Positions 28,466-41,800 of a stretch of 64,000 bases of DNA are shown here, one piece after another. The notes beneath the pieces are model-generated. The model did no database searches, was not told the origin of the DNA, and worked only from the letters and a program-made list of their open reading frames with translations. Source of the stretch: Eledone cirrhosa. Its lineage: Eukaryota. Each line of letters starts with the position of its first letter. Position 1 is the first letter of the stretch. The stretch spans positions 3,348,001-3,412,000 of the forward strand of contig OZ024745.1 of NCBI GenBank assembly GCA_964016885.1. Reading direction: 5' to 3'. The position numbers were made by a program, and so were the translations under genes.

Positions 28466-28639
28466 ATATTTATTCTTCATTAACATTAATAGAAAAAATT
28501 ATTATTTTACCCCAAATTTTTTTAGAGAAGGGCCTCAAATTTTGTATTGCTTAGGTCCAGCTCAGCTGCCCTCCCTTTCTCCTCACAATCTCTCTACAAT
28601 AAACCACTATGAATTACAAACAACACTATGAGCCATAAT

Positions 28640-29040
28640 AGTTACATCTACATGCTAGAAATAGCAGTCGAAATTCCCTCAAATCCTGAAGAAAGGAAAG
28701 AAAGTATTGAATGCTTTATTTCTAAATACCCTCAAAAATGACAGGACGGTCGCTGCTGGAAAGCCTTTGATTGTAGATTCCCCTTGATGAAGGTTATGTA
28801 TTGTCCCATAACACCTGGCATTTCTTGGGTATTTTAAACCTGACTGCTTGGGTATTTTAAACCTGACTGAGCCCATCTCTTGCCAGGTCTGAACATAGCA
28901 GATTTCTTCCAGAGAAGGAAAGGGCGAGATAGGAAGAATTGACTCCAGTACTTGACTGGTGTGGGTTTTTTTAGAACCTCAAAAGGATGAAAAGCAAAGT
29001 TTACCTGAGCAGGATTTGAACTCAGAGAGCCAGAACAAAT
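28640..29040 (-). mobile_element. tRNA-derived SINE (long form)
   Basis: Minus-strand B box GAGTTCAAATCC followed by the core aactttgcttttcatccttt...accagtcaagtactgg; homologous to 62200-62500. Confidence 0.8.
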
Positions 29041-29080
29041 GCCACAAATCATTCTGAGAGAGAAAGGAATCTTATCTACA

Positions 29081-29312
29081 ATAACCCCTTTGATACCTAC
29101 CCCAAACCAGCTCTGGTTCTAGGAATCAAAACCACCCATTTTATAGAATTCCTATTTAAATAAAAATCTTCCAACATAATTTTATACAAGAACGATCTTT
29201 TAAGTTACTATTATTGTAATGAAATAATAATTTTCTTAAATCCTTCCAAATTGTTCATTAATTAAGTGAAATGGAATATATTTCATTAGAAATATGGTCA
29301 GGAAAGGGTTAA
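29081..29312. mobile_element. Degenerate TTAA-type MITE (second family)
   Basis: ataacccctttgatacc ... ggtcaggaaagggttaa imperfect TIRs around an AT-rich interior. Confidence 0.5.
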
Positions 29313-29429
29313 TGTCAACAATCTAGACATATTTTTATCACAAATAAACATTTAGGTAGAAAGAGGGTGTTTGAGAGAAAGTATGATGAGTGTTGTTGTA
29401 ACTAATTTTCACCTAATAAACTAAATAAT

Positions 29430-29616
29430 TGTTTCTACTTTTTGGCACAAGGCCAGCAATTACCCAGTGCATTACTGGTACTTTATTTTATCAACCCCGT
29501 AAGGATGAAAGGCAAAGTCAACCTTAGCGGGATTTGAACTCAGATCGTTAAGGGACGTAACTATGCTGGAAAGCATGGCGTTCGACCCTCTACCGATACT
29601 GCCAATCCACCGCCTT
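29430..29616 (-). mobile_element. tRNA-derived SINE (short form) with direct-repeat flanks
   Basis: Minus strand: GGCGGTGGAT-TGGCAGTATCGG (A box) ... GAGTTCAAATCC (B box), then gttgactttgcctttcatcc...gataaaataaagtaccag; aactaaataa on both sides. Confidence 0.88.
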
Positions 29617-29860
29617 TAACTAAATAAAACCTAATAAACTAAATAATAGCTGCTGAAAAACATATATTATCCTAACTAAAACATAATTTTTTACTTTAGA
29701 TCTGTGAATATTTCCATAGATAGAACTTTCTTTGTCTATCGTTTTACAATATAATTTTCTATGGACTAGATTACCAAAGAATTTAATCTGTTTTATGTTG
29801 TTATATATACTATATATAGTATATATACTATACATAGTATATATACTATATATACTGATA

Positions 29861-32179
29861 ATTAGCGACCTCATAGTCAGGACGAGACGTACTCGACAAC
29901 AGAAGAGGACTATCCTCAGGAGGAAAATATGGAAGCTAAAGGACCCCACAGCCAGGAATAAATTTCAAAGCATATTACTTGATGCTTTCGACAGTAAGGA
30001 AGAACATTTAGAGTCGGACAATATAGAGGGAGAGTGGGAATTTCTGAAAGCAAACCTGCTGTTGGCGACAGACGAGGTCTGTGGCTGGAGCAGGCCTGTA
30101 GGCAGGAGGAGAGTAACATGGTGGTGGAACAGTAAGGTGGAGGGGTCAATTAAGGCCAAAAAGCAGGCTTGGAAAGTATGGCGGGATGGGGGAAGTAGAG
30201 AGGACTATCAAGTGGCCAGGAGGGAAGCTAGGAGACAAGTGTACTTAGCAAGAAGGGAAGCTGAGGAAAGAAAGTTCAAGCATGTTCTACAACGCGATGA
30301 CCAAAAACGTGAGGTGTTCAGGATTGCTAGGCAATGCGTCAAGGAAAACCGTGATATTGTCGGGGAGAAGTGTGTACTAAACGACGATGGCACACTTGCC
30401 ATCACCGACGCTGATAAGAAGGTAGCTTGGAAGTGTCACTATGAAAGGCTACTAAATGAGGAGAATAATTGGGAGAAAGGCAGTCTCCCCCATATCGACC
30501 CAATAGAGGGACCAGCAGTGTTAGTCGAGGGGAGTATAATAAGTAAGGCAATCAAGGATATGAAGACTGGTAAGGCGGCTGGGCCTTCGGAAATAGTTGC
30601 TGAGATGCTGAAGGCATCTGGCACGGTGGGACACACCATGGTCACCCGCATAGTTAACCAAGTCGTACAGAATGGGGTTGTTCCGAAGGACTGGCATAGC
30701 AGCATCATCGTTAACTGTTATAAGGGTAAAGGAGACGCCCTAGATAGGAGTAACTATAGAGGCATTAAATTAATCGACCAGGTCATGAAGGTCACGGAAA
30801 AAGTAATAGCGCAACTAATCAGAGAGAGAATTGACCTAGATGAAATGCAGTTCGGGTTTGTGTCAGGCAAAAGTACCACAGACGCTCTTTTCATAGTACG
30901 ACAACTACAGGAGAAGTACCTAGCTAAAGGTAAACCCCTCTACTTAGCTTTTGTCGACTTGGAGAAAGCCTTCGACAGAGTCCCCCGCTCCATTATCTGG
31001 TGGGCTCTTAGAAAACTAGGCGTTGACGAATGGCTTGTGAGGGCTATACAAGCCATGTATAAAGAAACAGTCAGCAAGGTTAGAATTAACAACGAATATA
31101 GTGAAGAGTTTAGCGTAAAAGTTGGCGTCCATCAGGGCTCTGTTCTCAGTCCACTACTATTTATTATTGCCCTTCAGGCTATAACAGAGGAGTTCAAGAC
31201 AGGCTGCCCATGGGAACTCCTATACGCAGACGACCTGACACTCATAGCGGAATCAATGGCCGAGCTAGAGAAGAAATTCCAAACATGGAAGCACGGCCTA
31301 GAGTCAAAAGGACTTAAAATTAACCTGGCTAAGACCAAAGTACTAGTTTGTAGGAAAGAAAACAAGGCGGCGGTCCCTTCTGGGAAATGGTCGTGCTCGG
31401 TGTGTAGGAAAGGCGTAGGTAGAAACTCCATTTTATGTCCTAAATGCAAAGTATGGGTGCATAAAAGATGTAGTGGGATCACAGGTAAGCTAACTAAGAA
31501 CATAGATTTTACATGTGGCCGGTGCTCTGGTGCAATAAGTAGCAGCAAGTGCCCACAAACTACTAGCTCTTTCAATTGCGCAGAGGGTTCTATAGAAATA
31601 GTGGACAGCTTCCGTTACCTGGGCGATAAAATCAGCAGTGGGGGAGGGTGCTCTGAAAGTACTGTAGCTAGAGTCAGAACTGGTTGGAAAAAGTTCAGAG
31701 AGCTTATACCACTATTAGCTGCTAAAGGGTTCTCCCTAAAAATGAAAGGCAGGTTGTACGATGCCTGCATACGAACAGCAATGCTGCATGGCAGTGAGAC
31801 CTGGGCATTGTGTGCAGAGGATATACGCAGACTAGAGAGGAACGAAGCTTGCATACTCCGCTGGATGTGTAACAGTAATATACGTGAACGGCAAAGCATA
31901 AACGAACTAAGGAAAAAATTAGAGATAAGAGGGATCAGATGTTGTTTACTCGAGAGAAGGCTACGTTGGTATGGACACGTGATGCGCATGAAAGTCGATA
32001 GCTGTATAACAAAGTGCAGGGCAATAAAGATAGACGGTAGTCACGGAATAGGCAGACCTAGAAAAACCTGGGACGAGCTGATAAACTCCGACATCACACA
32101 CTTACACCTCTCCAAGACAATGTCACTGGACCGAGACCTTTGGCGGTACTCAGTAACAGAGAAGACCCGCCTTACCTAA
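29861..32179 (+). CDS. RTE LINE ORF (5'-truncated; linker, RT, PHD-like finger, C-terminus; endonuclease missing)
   Basis: Uninterrupted frame with KAAGPSEI, NYRGIKL, QFGF, FVDLEKAFDRVP, QGSVLSPLLF, YADD, FRYLG, RLRWYGHVMRM, GRPRKTW; the first 43 codons of the computed ORF are flanking TA-rich DNA. Confidence 0.9.
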   Translation: MSDLIVRTRRTRQQKRTILRRKIWKLKDPTARNKFQSILLDAFDSKEEHLESDNIEGEWEFLKANLLLATDEVCGWSRPVGRRRVTWWWNSKVEGSIKAKKQAWKVWRDGGSREDYQVARREARRQVYLARREAEERKFKHVLQRDDQKREVFRIARQCVKENRDIVGEKCVLNDDGTLAITDADKKVAWKCHYERLLNEENNWEKGSLPHIDPIEGPAVLVEGSIISKAIKDMKTGKAAGPSEIVAEMLKASGTVGHTMVTRIVNQVVQNGVVPKDWHSSIIVNCYKGKGDALDRSNYRGIKLIDQVMKVTEKVIAQLIRERIDLDEMQFGFVSGKSTTDALFIVRQLQEKYLAKGKPLYLAFVDLEKAFDRVPRSIIWWALRKLGVDEWLVRAIQAMYKETVSKVRINNEYSEEFSVKVGVHQGSVLSPLLFIIALQAITEEFKTGCPWELLYADDLTLIAESMAELEKKFQTWKHGLESKGLKINLAKTKVLVCRKENKAAVPSGKWSCSVCRKGVGRNSILCPKCKVWVHKRCSGITGKLTKNIDFTCGRCSGAISSSKCPQTTSSFNCAEGSIEIVDSFRYLGDKISSGGGCSESTVARVRTGWKKFRELIPLLAAKGFSLKMKGRLYDACIRTAMLHGSETWALCAEDIRRLERNEACILRWMCNSNIRERQSINELRKKLEIRGIRCCLLERRLRWYGHVMRMKVDSCITKCRAIKIDGSHGIGRPRKTWDELINSDITHLHLSKTMSLDRDLWRYSVTEKTRLT

Positions 32180-32577
32180 ATATATAGTAAAACCTACTCC
32201 AGCCAGTAGGCATCTCTAACAAAATACACCCCGTCCCACCACCACCACCCCCACCCGATCCACACCACCCCGTTCTATGTAAAGTTATGTTGGTGCCGCG
32301 CCATCGAGGCCGAAACAAATGAGATCGTGTAGGTGTCACGACAAAAAAACACACAGTCCACGCTGTAATGTGGCCGTGTAGGCAACACGGTAAAAACCTC
32401 CCAGACCCACACTGTAAATGTGGTTGGTGTTAGGAAGGGCATCCAACTGTAGAAAACCTGCCAGACAGTCCTATGCGAGCAAGACAATCACTCTTGCCTC
32501 AAGTGGGACTACCCCCGTCCAAACCCATGCAAGCGTGGAACACGGACGTTAAACGTTGATGATGATGATGATGATGA
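29861..32577 (+). mobile_element. RTE-clade LINE copy 3, 5'-truncated, young
   Basis: Open ORF, 3' UTR and ggacgttaaacgttgatgatgat tail; TA-rich flanks. Confidence 0.97.
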
Positions 32578-32644
32578 TACTATATAAAATATATATACTT
32601 TACTAAAGATTTTCACTTCTGTTTTAAATTGTTATATATTTTAT

Positions 32645-32881
32645 TTGTGGACATGTGGTTAGAATGTCTCAGGAAAGAATAACTGAACAGATTTTAAGGG
32701 CAAAACCAACCAGCAGGAGACCCAGAGGTAGACCCCGAGCAAGATGGTTGGATAACATCCATGAGCTTGGCTGGTCTCGCTTGGGGATCCAGCTGGATAA
32801 GTTGGAGATGGTTGCTTCTGAAATGACCTGCTGGAAGGAGTGTTTGAGGACTCTGCCCACAACCCTCAAAGGATTAAGTGG
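32645..32881 (+). mobile_element. 3' ORF fragment of a different RTE-type family
   Basis: GHVVRMSQERITEQILRAKPTSRRPRGRPRARWLDNI is a typical RTE-type C-terminus but differs from copies 2 and 3. Confidence 0.75.
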
Positions 32882-35800
32882 GCTCCGACATTTGGTAACT
32901 GACTTGGTAAAATCCCACAAAATTATTAACCATCTTGCCAACAACCCTGAGCACCTTTTTGATTTCTATGTGTCTAACATACGTGGACATGCCTACAAAA
33001 TCAGAAAACAGCACAGCTACCAGGGCTTTCGGAAACAATTTTTCACGCTCAGAGTTGTTGAAGCATGGAACAAACTACTTGCTTCAGTTGTTAGCTGTCG
33101 GGACACTGCATTCTTTAAAACCTCCATGGAACAAACTACCTGCTTCAGTTGTTAGCTGTCAAGACACTGCATCCTTTAAAACGTCCATGGAACAAACTAC
33201 CTGCTTCAGTTGTTAGCTGTCAAGACACTGCATCCTTTAAAACGTCCATGGAACAAACTACCTGCTTCAGTTGTTAGCTGTCAAGACACTGCATCCTTTA
33301 AAACCTCCATGGAACAAACTACCTGCATCAGTTGTTAGCTGTCGAGACACTGCATCCTTTAAAACCTCCATGGAGCAAACTACCTGCTTCAGTTGTTAGC
33401 TGTCGAGACACTGCATCCTTTAAAACCTCCATGGAGCAAACTACCTGCATCAGTTGTTAGCTGTCAAGACACTGCATCCTTTAAAACGTCCATGGAACAA
33501 ACTACCTGCATCAGTTGTTAGCTGTCGAGACACTGCATTCTTTAAAACCTCCATGGAACAAACTACCTGCTTCAGTTGTTAGCTGTCGAGACACTGCATC
33601 CTTTAAAACCTCCATGGAACAAACTACCTGCATCAGTTGTTAGCTGTTGAGACACTGCATCCTTTAAAACCTCCATGGAGCAAACTACCTGCTTCAGTTG
33701 TTAGCTGTCGAGACACTGCATCCTTTAAAACCTCCATGGAACAAACTACCTGCATCAGTTGTTAGATGTCAGGACACTGCATCCTTTAAAACCTCCATGG
33801 AACAAACTACCTGCATCAGTTGTTAGCTGTCGAGATACTGCATCCTTTAAAACGTCCATGGAACAAACTACCTGCATCAATTGTTAGCTGTCGGGACACT
33901 GCATCCTTTAAAACCTCCATGGAACAAACTCCTTGCATCAGTTGTTAGCTGTCTAGACACTGCATGCTTTAAAACCTCCATGGAACAAACTACCTGCATC
34001 AGTTGTTAGCTGTCAGGACACTGCATCCTTTAAAACCCCCATGGAACAAACTCCTTGCATCAGTTGTTAGCTGTCGAGACACTACATCCTTTAAAACCTC
34101 CATGGAACAAACTACCTGCATCCCTGCATCAGTTGTTAGCTGTCGGGACACTGCATCCTTTAAAACCTCCATGGAACAAACTCCTTGCATCAGTTGTTAG
34201 CTGTCAAGACACTGCATCCTTTAAAACCTCCATGGAACAAACTCCTTGCATCAATTGTTAGCTGTCGAGACGCTGCATCCTTTAAAACCTCCATGGAACA
34301 AACTACCTGCATCAGTTGTTAGCAGTCGAGACACTGCATCCTTTAAAACCTCCATGGAGCAAACTACCTGCTTCAGTTGTTAGCTGTCGAGACACTGCAT
34401 CCTTTAAAACCTCCATGGAGCAAACTACCTGCATCAGTTGTTAGCTGTCAAGACACTGCATCCTTTAAAACGTCCATGGAACAAACTACCTGCATCAGTT
34501 GTTAGCTGTCGAGACACTGCATTCTTTAAAACCTCCATGGAACAAACTACCTGCATCAGTTGTTAGCTGTTGAGACACTGCATCCTTTAAAACCTCCATG
34601 GAGCAAACTACCTGCTTCAGTTGTTAGCTGTCGAGATACTGCATCCTTTAAAACGTCCATGGAACAAACTACCTGCATCAATTGTTAGCTGTCGGGACAC
34701 TGCATCCTTTAAAACCTCCATGGAACAAACTCCTTGCATCAGTTGTTAGCTGTCTAGACACTGCATGCTTTAAAACCTCCATGGAACAAACAACCTGCAT
34801 CAGTTGTTAGCTGTCAGGACACTGCATCCTTTAAAACCCCCATGGAACAAACTCCTTGCATCAGTTGTTAGCTGTCGAGACACTGCATCCTTTAAAACCT
34901 CCATGGAACAAACTACCTGCATCAGTTGTTAGCTGTCGGGACACTGCATCCTTTAAAACCTCCATGGAACAAACTCCTTGCATCAGTTGTTAGCTGTCAA
35001 GACACTGTATCCTTTAAAACCTCCATGGAACAAACTACCTGCATCAGTTGTTAGCTGTCGGGATACTGCATCCTTTAAAACCTCCATGGAACAAACTACC
35101 TGCATCAGTTGTTAGCTGTCGGGATACTGCATCCTTTAAAACCTCTAATGAACAAACTAGCTGCATCAGTTCTTAGCTGTCGAGACACTGCATCCTTTAA
35201 AACCTCCATGGAACAAACTACCTGCATCAGTTGTTAGCTGTCAAGACGCTGCATCCTTTAAAACCTCCATGGAACAAACTACCTGCATCAGTTGTTAGAT
35301 GTCAGGACACTGCATCCTTTAAAACCTCCATGGAACAAACTACCTGCATCAGTTGTTAGCTGTCGAGATACTGGATCCTTTAAAACGTCCATGGAACAAA
35401 CTACCTGCATCAATTGTTAGCTGTCGGGACACTGCATCCTTTAAAACCTCCATGGAACAAACTCCTTGCATCAGTTGTTAGCTGTCTAGACACTGCATCC
35501 TTTCAAACCCCCATGGAACAAACTCCTTGCATCAGTTGTTAGCTGTCGAGACACTGCATCCTTTAAAACCTCCATGGAACAAACTACCTGCATCCCTGCA
35601 TCAGTTGTTAGCTGTCGGGACACTGCATCCTTTAAAACCTCCATGGAACAAACTCCTTGCATCAGTTGTTAGCTGTCAAGACACTGCATCCTTTAAAACC
35701 TCCATGAAACAAACTACCTGCATCAGTTGTTAGCTGTCGGGACACTGCATCCTTTAAAACCTCTAATGAACAAACTAGCTGCATCAGTTCTTAGCTGTCG

Positions 35801-38800
35801 AGACACTGCATCCTTTAAAACCTCCATGGAACAAACTACCTGCATCAGTTGTTAGCTGTCGAGACACTGCATCCTTTAAAACCTCCATGGAGCAAACTAC
35901 CTGCTTCAGTTGTTAGCTGTCGAGACACTGCATCCTTTAAAACCTCCATGGAGCAAACTACCTGCATCAGTTGTTAGCTGTCGAGACACTGCATCCTTTA
36001 AAACGTCCATGGAACAAACTACCTGCATCAGTTGTTAGCTGTCGAGACACTGCATTCTTTAAAACCTCCATGGAACAAACTACCTGCATCAGTTGTTAGC
36101 TGTTGAGACACTGCATCCTTTAAAACCTCAATGGAGCAAACTACCTGCTTCAGTTGTTAGCTGTCGAGACACTGCATCCTTTAAAACCTCCATGGAACAA
36201 ACTACCTGCATCAGTTGTTAGATGTCAGGACACTGCATCCTTTAAAACCTCCATGGAACAAACTACCTGCATCAGTTGTTAGCTGTCGAGATACTGCATC
36301 CTTCAAAACCCCCATCGAACAAACTCCTTGCATCAGTTGTTAGCTGACGAGACACTGCATCCTTTAAAACCTCCATGGAACAAACTACCTGCATCAGTTG
36401 TTAGCTGTCGGGACACTGCATCCTTTAAAACCTCCATGGAACAAACTCCTTGCATCAGTTGTTAGCTGTCGAGACACTGCATCCTTTAAAACCTCCATGG
36501 AACAAACTACCTGCATCAGTTGTTAGCTGTCAGGATACTGCATCCTTTAAAACCTCCATGGAACAAACTACCTGCATCAGTTGTTAGCTGTCGAGATACT
36601 GCATCCTTTAAAACCTCTAATGAACAAACTACCTGCATCAATTGTTAGCTGTCGGGACACTGCATCCTTTAAAACCTCCATGGAACAAACACCTTGCATC
36701 AGTTGTTAGCTGTCTAGACACTGCATGCTTTAAAACCTCCATGGAACAAACTACCTGCATCAGTTGTTAGCTGTCAGGACACTGCATCCTTTAAAACCCC
36801 CATGGAACAAACTCCTTGCATCAGTTGTTAGCTGTCGAGACACTGCATCCTTTAAAACCTCCATGGAACAAACTAACTGCATCAGTTGTTAGCTGTCAGG
36901 ACACTGCATCCTTTAAAACCCCCATGGAACAAACTCCTTGCATCAGTTGTTAGCTGTCGAGACACTGCATCCTTTAAAACCTCCATGGAACAAACTACCT
37001 GCATCAGTTGTTAGCTGTCGGGACACTGCATCCTTTAAAACCTCCATGGAACAAACTACCTGCATCAGTTGTTAGCTGTCGGGACACTGCATCCTTTAAA
37101 ACCTCCATGGAACAAACTCCTTGCATCAGTTGTTAGCTGTCAAGACACTGCATCCTTTAAAACCTCCATGGAACAAACTACCTGCATCAGTTGTTAGCTG
37201 TCGGGATACTGCATCCTTTAAAACCTCCATGGAACAAACTACCTGCATCAGTTGTTAGCTGTTGGGACACTGCATCCTTTAAAACCTCTAATGAACAAAC
37301 TAGCTGCATCAGTTCTTAGCTGTCGAGACACTGCATCCTTTAAAACCTCCATGGAACAAACTACCTGCATCAGTTGTTAGCTGTCAAGACGCTGCATCCT
37401 TTAAAACCTCCATGGAACAAACTAGCTGCATCAGTTGTTAGCTGTCGAGACACTGCATCCTTTAAAACCTCCATGGAGCAAACTACCTGCTTCAGTTGTT
37501 AGCTGTCGAGACACTGCATCCTTTAAAACCTCCATGGAGCAAACTACCTGCATCAGTTGTTAGCTGTCAAGACACTGCATCCTTTAAAACGTCCATGGAA
37601 CAAACTACCTGCATCAGTTGTTAGCTGTCGAGACACTGCATTCTTTAAAACCTCCATGGAACAAACTACCTGCATCAGTTGTTAGCTGTTGAGACACTGC
37701 ATCCTTTAAAACCTCCATGGAGCAAACTACCTGCTTCAGTTGTTAGCTGTCGAGACACTGCATCCTTTAAAACCTCCATGGAACAAACTACCTGCATCAG
37801 TTGTTAGATGTCAGGACACTGCATCCTTTAAAACCTCCATGGAACAAACTACCTGCATCAGTTGTTAGCTGGCGAGATACTGCATCCTTTAAAACGTCCA
37901 TGGAACAAACTACCTGCATCAATTGTTAGCTGTCGGGACACTGCATCCTTTAAAACCTCCATGGAACAAACTCCTTGCATCAGTTGTTAGCTGTCTAGAC
38001 ACTGCATGCTTTAAAACCTCCATGGAACAAACTACCTGCATCAGTTGTTAGCTGTCAGGACACTGCATCCTTTAAAACCCCCATGGAACAAACTCCTTGC
38101 ATCAGTTGTTAGCTGTCGAAACACTGCATCCTTTAAAACCTCCATGGAACAAACTACCTGCATCAGTTGTTAGCTGTCGGGACACTGCATCCTTTAAAAC
38201 CTCCATGGAACAAACTCCTTGCATCAGTTGTTAGCTGTCAAGACACTGCATCCTTTAAAACCTCCATGGAACAAACTACCTGCATCAGTTGTTAGCTGTC
38301 GGGATACTGCATCCTTTAAAACCTCCATGGAACAAACTACCTGCATCAGTTGTTAGCTGTCGGGATACTGCATCCTTTAAAACCTCTAATGAACAAACTA
38401 GCTGCATCAGTTCTTAGCTGTCGAGACACTGCATCCTTTAAAACCTCCATGGAACAAACTACCTGCATCAGTTGTTAGCTGTCAAGACGCTGCATCCTTT
38501 AAAACCTCCATGGAACAAACTACCTGCATCAGTTGTTAGATGTCAGGACACTGCATCCTTTAAAACCTCCATGGAACAAACTACCTGCATCAGTTGTTAG
38601 CTGTCGAGATACTGGATCCTTTAAAACGTCCATGGAACAAACTACCTGCATCAATTGTTAGCTGTCGGGACACTGCATCCTTTAAAACCTCCATGGAACA
38701 AACTCCTTGCATCAGTTGTTAGCTGTCTAGACACTGCATGCTTTAAAACCTCCATGGAACAAACTACCTGCATCAGTTGTTAGCTGTCAGGACACTGCAT

Positions 38801-41800
38801 CCTTTCAAACCCCCATGGAACAAACTCCTTGCATCAGTTGTTAGCTGTCGAGACACTGCATCCTTTAAAACCTCCATGGAACAAACTACCTGCATCCCTG
38901 CATCAGTTGTTAGCTGTCGGGACACTGCATCCTTTAAAACCTCCATGGAACAAACTCCTTGCATCAGTTGTTAGCTGTCAAGACACTGCATCCTTTAAAA
39001 CCTCCATGAAACAAACTACCTGCATCAGTTGTTAGCTGTCGGGACACTGCATCCTTTAAAACCTCTAATGAACAAACTACCTGCATCAGTTCTTAGCTGT
39101 CGAGACACTGCATCCTTTAAAACCTCCATGGAACAAACTACCTGCATCAGTTGTTAGCTGTCAAGACGCTGCATCCTTTAAAACCTCCATGGAACAAACT
39201 ACCTGCATCAGTTGTTAGCTGTCGAGACACTGCATCCTTTAAAACCTCCATGGAGCAAACTACCTGCTTCAGTTGTTAGCTGTCGAGACACTGCATCCTT
39301 TAAAACCTCCATGGAGCAAACTACCTGCATCAGTTGTTAGCTGTCAAGACACTGCATCCTTTAAAACGTCCATGGAACAAACTACCTGCATCAGTTGTTA
39401 GCTGTCGAGACACTGCATTCTTTAAAACCTCCATGGAACAAACTACCTGCATCAGTTGTTAGCTGTTGAGACACTGCATCCTTTAAAACCTCAATGGAGC
39501 AAACTACCTGCTTCAGTTGTTAGCTGTCGAGACACTGCATCCTTTAAAACCTCCATGGAACAAACTACCTGCATCAGTTGTTAGATGTCAGGACACTGCA
39601 TCCTTTAAAACCTCCATGGAACAAACTACCTGCATCAGTTGTTAGCTGTCGAGATACTGCATCCTTTAAAACGTCCATGGAACAAACTACCTGCATCAAT
39701 TGTTAGCTGTCGGGACACTGCATCCTTTAAAACCTCCATGGAACAAACTCCTTGCATCAGTTGTTAGCTGTCTAGACACTGCATGCTTTAAAACCTCCAT
39801 GGAACAAACTACCTGCATCAGTTGTTAGCTGTCAGGACACTGCATCCTTTAAAACCCCCATGGAACAAACTCCTTGCATCAGTTGTTGGCTGACGAGACA
39901 CTGCATCCTTTAAAACCTCCATGGAACAAACTACCTGCATCAGTTGTTAGCTGTCGGGACACTGCATCCTTTAAAACCTCCATGGAACAAACTCCTTGCA
40001 TCAGTTGTTAGCTGTCGAGACACTGCATCCTTTAAAACCTCCATGGAACAAACTACCTGCATCAGTTGTTAGCTGTCAGGATACTGCATCCTTTAAAACC
40101 TCCATGGAACAAACTACCTGCATCAGTTGTTAGCTGTCGGGATACTGCATCCTTTAAAACCTCTAATGAACAAACTACCTGCATCAATTGTTAGCTGTCG
40201 GGACACTGCATCCTTTAAAACCTCCATGGAACAAACTCCTTGCATCAGTTGTTAGCTGTCTAGACACTGCATGCTTTAAAACCTCCATGGAACAAACTAC
40301 CTGCATCAGTTGTTAGCTGTCAGGACACTGCATCCTTTAAAACCCCCATGGAACAAACTCCTTGCATCAGTTGTTAGCTGTCGAGACACTGCATCCTTTA
40401 AAACCTCCATGGAACAAACTAACTGCATCAGTTGTTAGCTGTCAGGACACTGCATCCTTTAAAACCCCCATGGAACAAACTCCTTGCATCAGTTGTTAGC
40501 TGTCGAGACACTGCATCCTTTAAAACCTCCATGGAATAAACTACCTGCATCAGTTGTTAGCTGTCGGGACACTGCATCCTTTAAAACCTCCATGGAACAA
40601 ACTACCTGCATCAGTTGTTAGCTGTCGGGACACTGCATCCTTTAAAACCTCCATGGAACAAACTCCTTGCATCAGTTGTTAGCTGTCAAGACACTGCATC
40701 CTTTAAAACCTCCATGGAACAAACTACCTGCATCAGTTGTTAGCTGTCGGGATACTGCATCCTTTAAAACCTCCATGGAACAAACTACCTGCATCAGTTG
40801 TTAGCTGTTGGGACACTGCATCCTTTAAAACCTCTAATGAACAAACTAGCTGCATCAGTTCTTAGCTGTCGAGACACTGCATCCTTTAAAACCTCCATGG
40901 AACAAACTACCTGCATCAGTTGTTAGCTGTCAAGACGCTGCATCCTTTAAAACCTCCATGGAACAAACTAGCTGCATCAGTTGTTAGCTGTCGAGACACT
41001 GCATCCTTTAAAACCTCCATGGAGCAAACTACCTGCTTCAGTTGTTAGCTGTCGAGACACTGCATCCTTTAAAACCTCCATGGAGCAAACTACCTGCATC
41101 AGTTGTTAGCTGTCAAGACACTGCATCCTTTAAAACGTCCATGGAACAAACTACCTGCATCAGTTGTTAGCTGTCGAGACACTGCATTCTTTAAAACCTC
41201 CATGGAACAAACTACCTGCATCAGTTGTTAGCTGTTGAGACACTGCATCCTTTAAAACCTCCATGGAGCAAACTACCTGCTTCAGTTGTTAGCTGTCGAG
41301 ACACTGCATCCTTTAAAACCTCCATGGAACAAACTACCTGCATCAGTTGTTAGATGTCAGGACACTGCATCCTTTAAAACCTCCATGGAACAAACTACCT
41401 GCATCAGTTGTTAGCTGTCTAGACACTGCATGCTTTAAAACCTCCATGGAACAAACTACCTGCATCAGTTGTTAGCTGTCAGGACACTGCATCCTTTAAA
41501 ACCCCCATGGAACAAACTCCTTGCATCAGTTGTTAGCTGTCGAAACACTGCATCCTTTAAAACCTCCATGGAACAAACTACCTGCATCAGTTGTTAGCTG
41601 TCGGGACATTGCATCCTTTAAAACCTCCATGGAACAAACTCCTTGCATCAGTTGTTAGCTGTCAAGACACTGCATCCTTTAAAACCTCCATGAAACAAAC
41701 TACCTGCATCAGTTGTTAGCTGTCGGGACACTGCATCCTTTAAAACCTCTAATGAACAAACTACCTGCATCAGTTGTTAGCTGTCGAGACACTGCATCCT

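Noticed and set aside
29732-29860. Hydrophobic N-terminus (LLYILYIVYILY) fused to the RTE ORF
   Set aside because: TA-rich flanking repeat read in frame by chance; homology to copy 1 starts at ~29861
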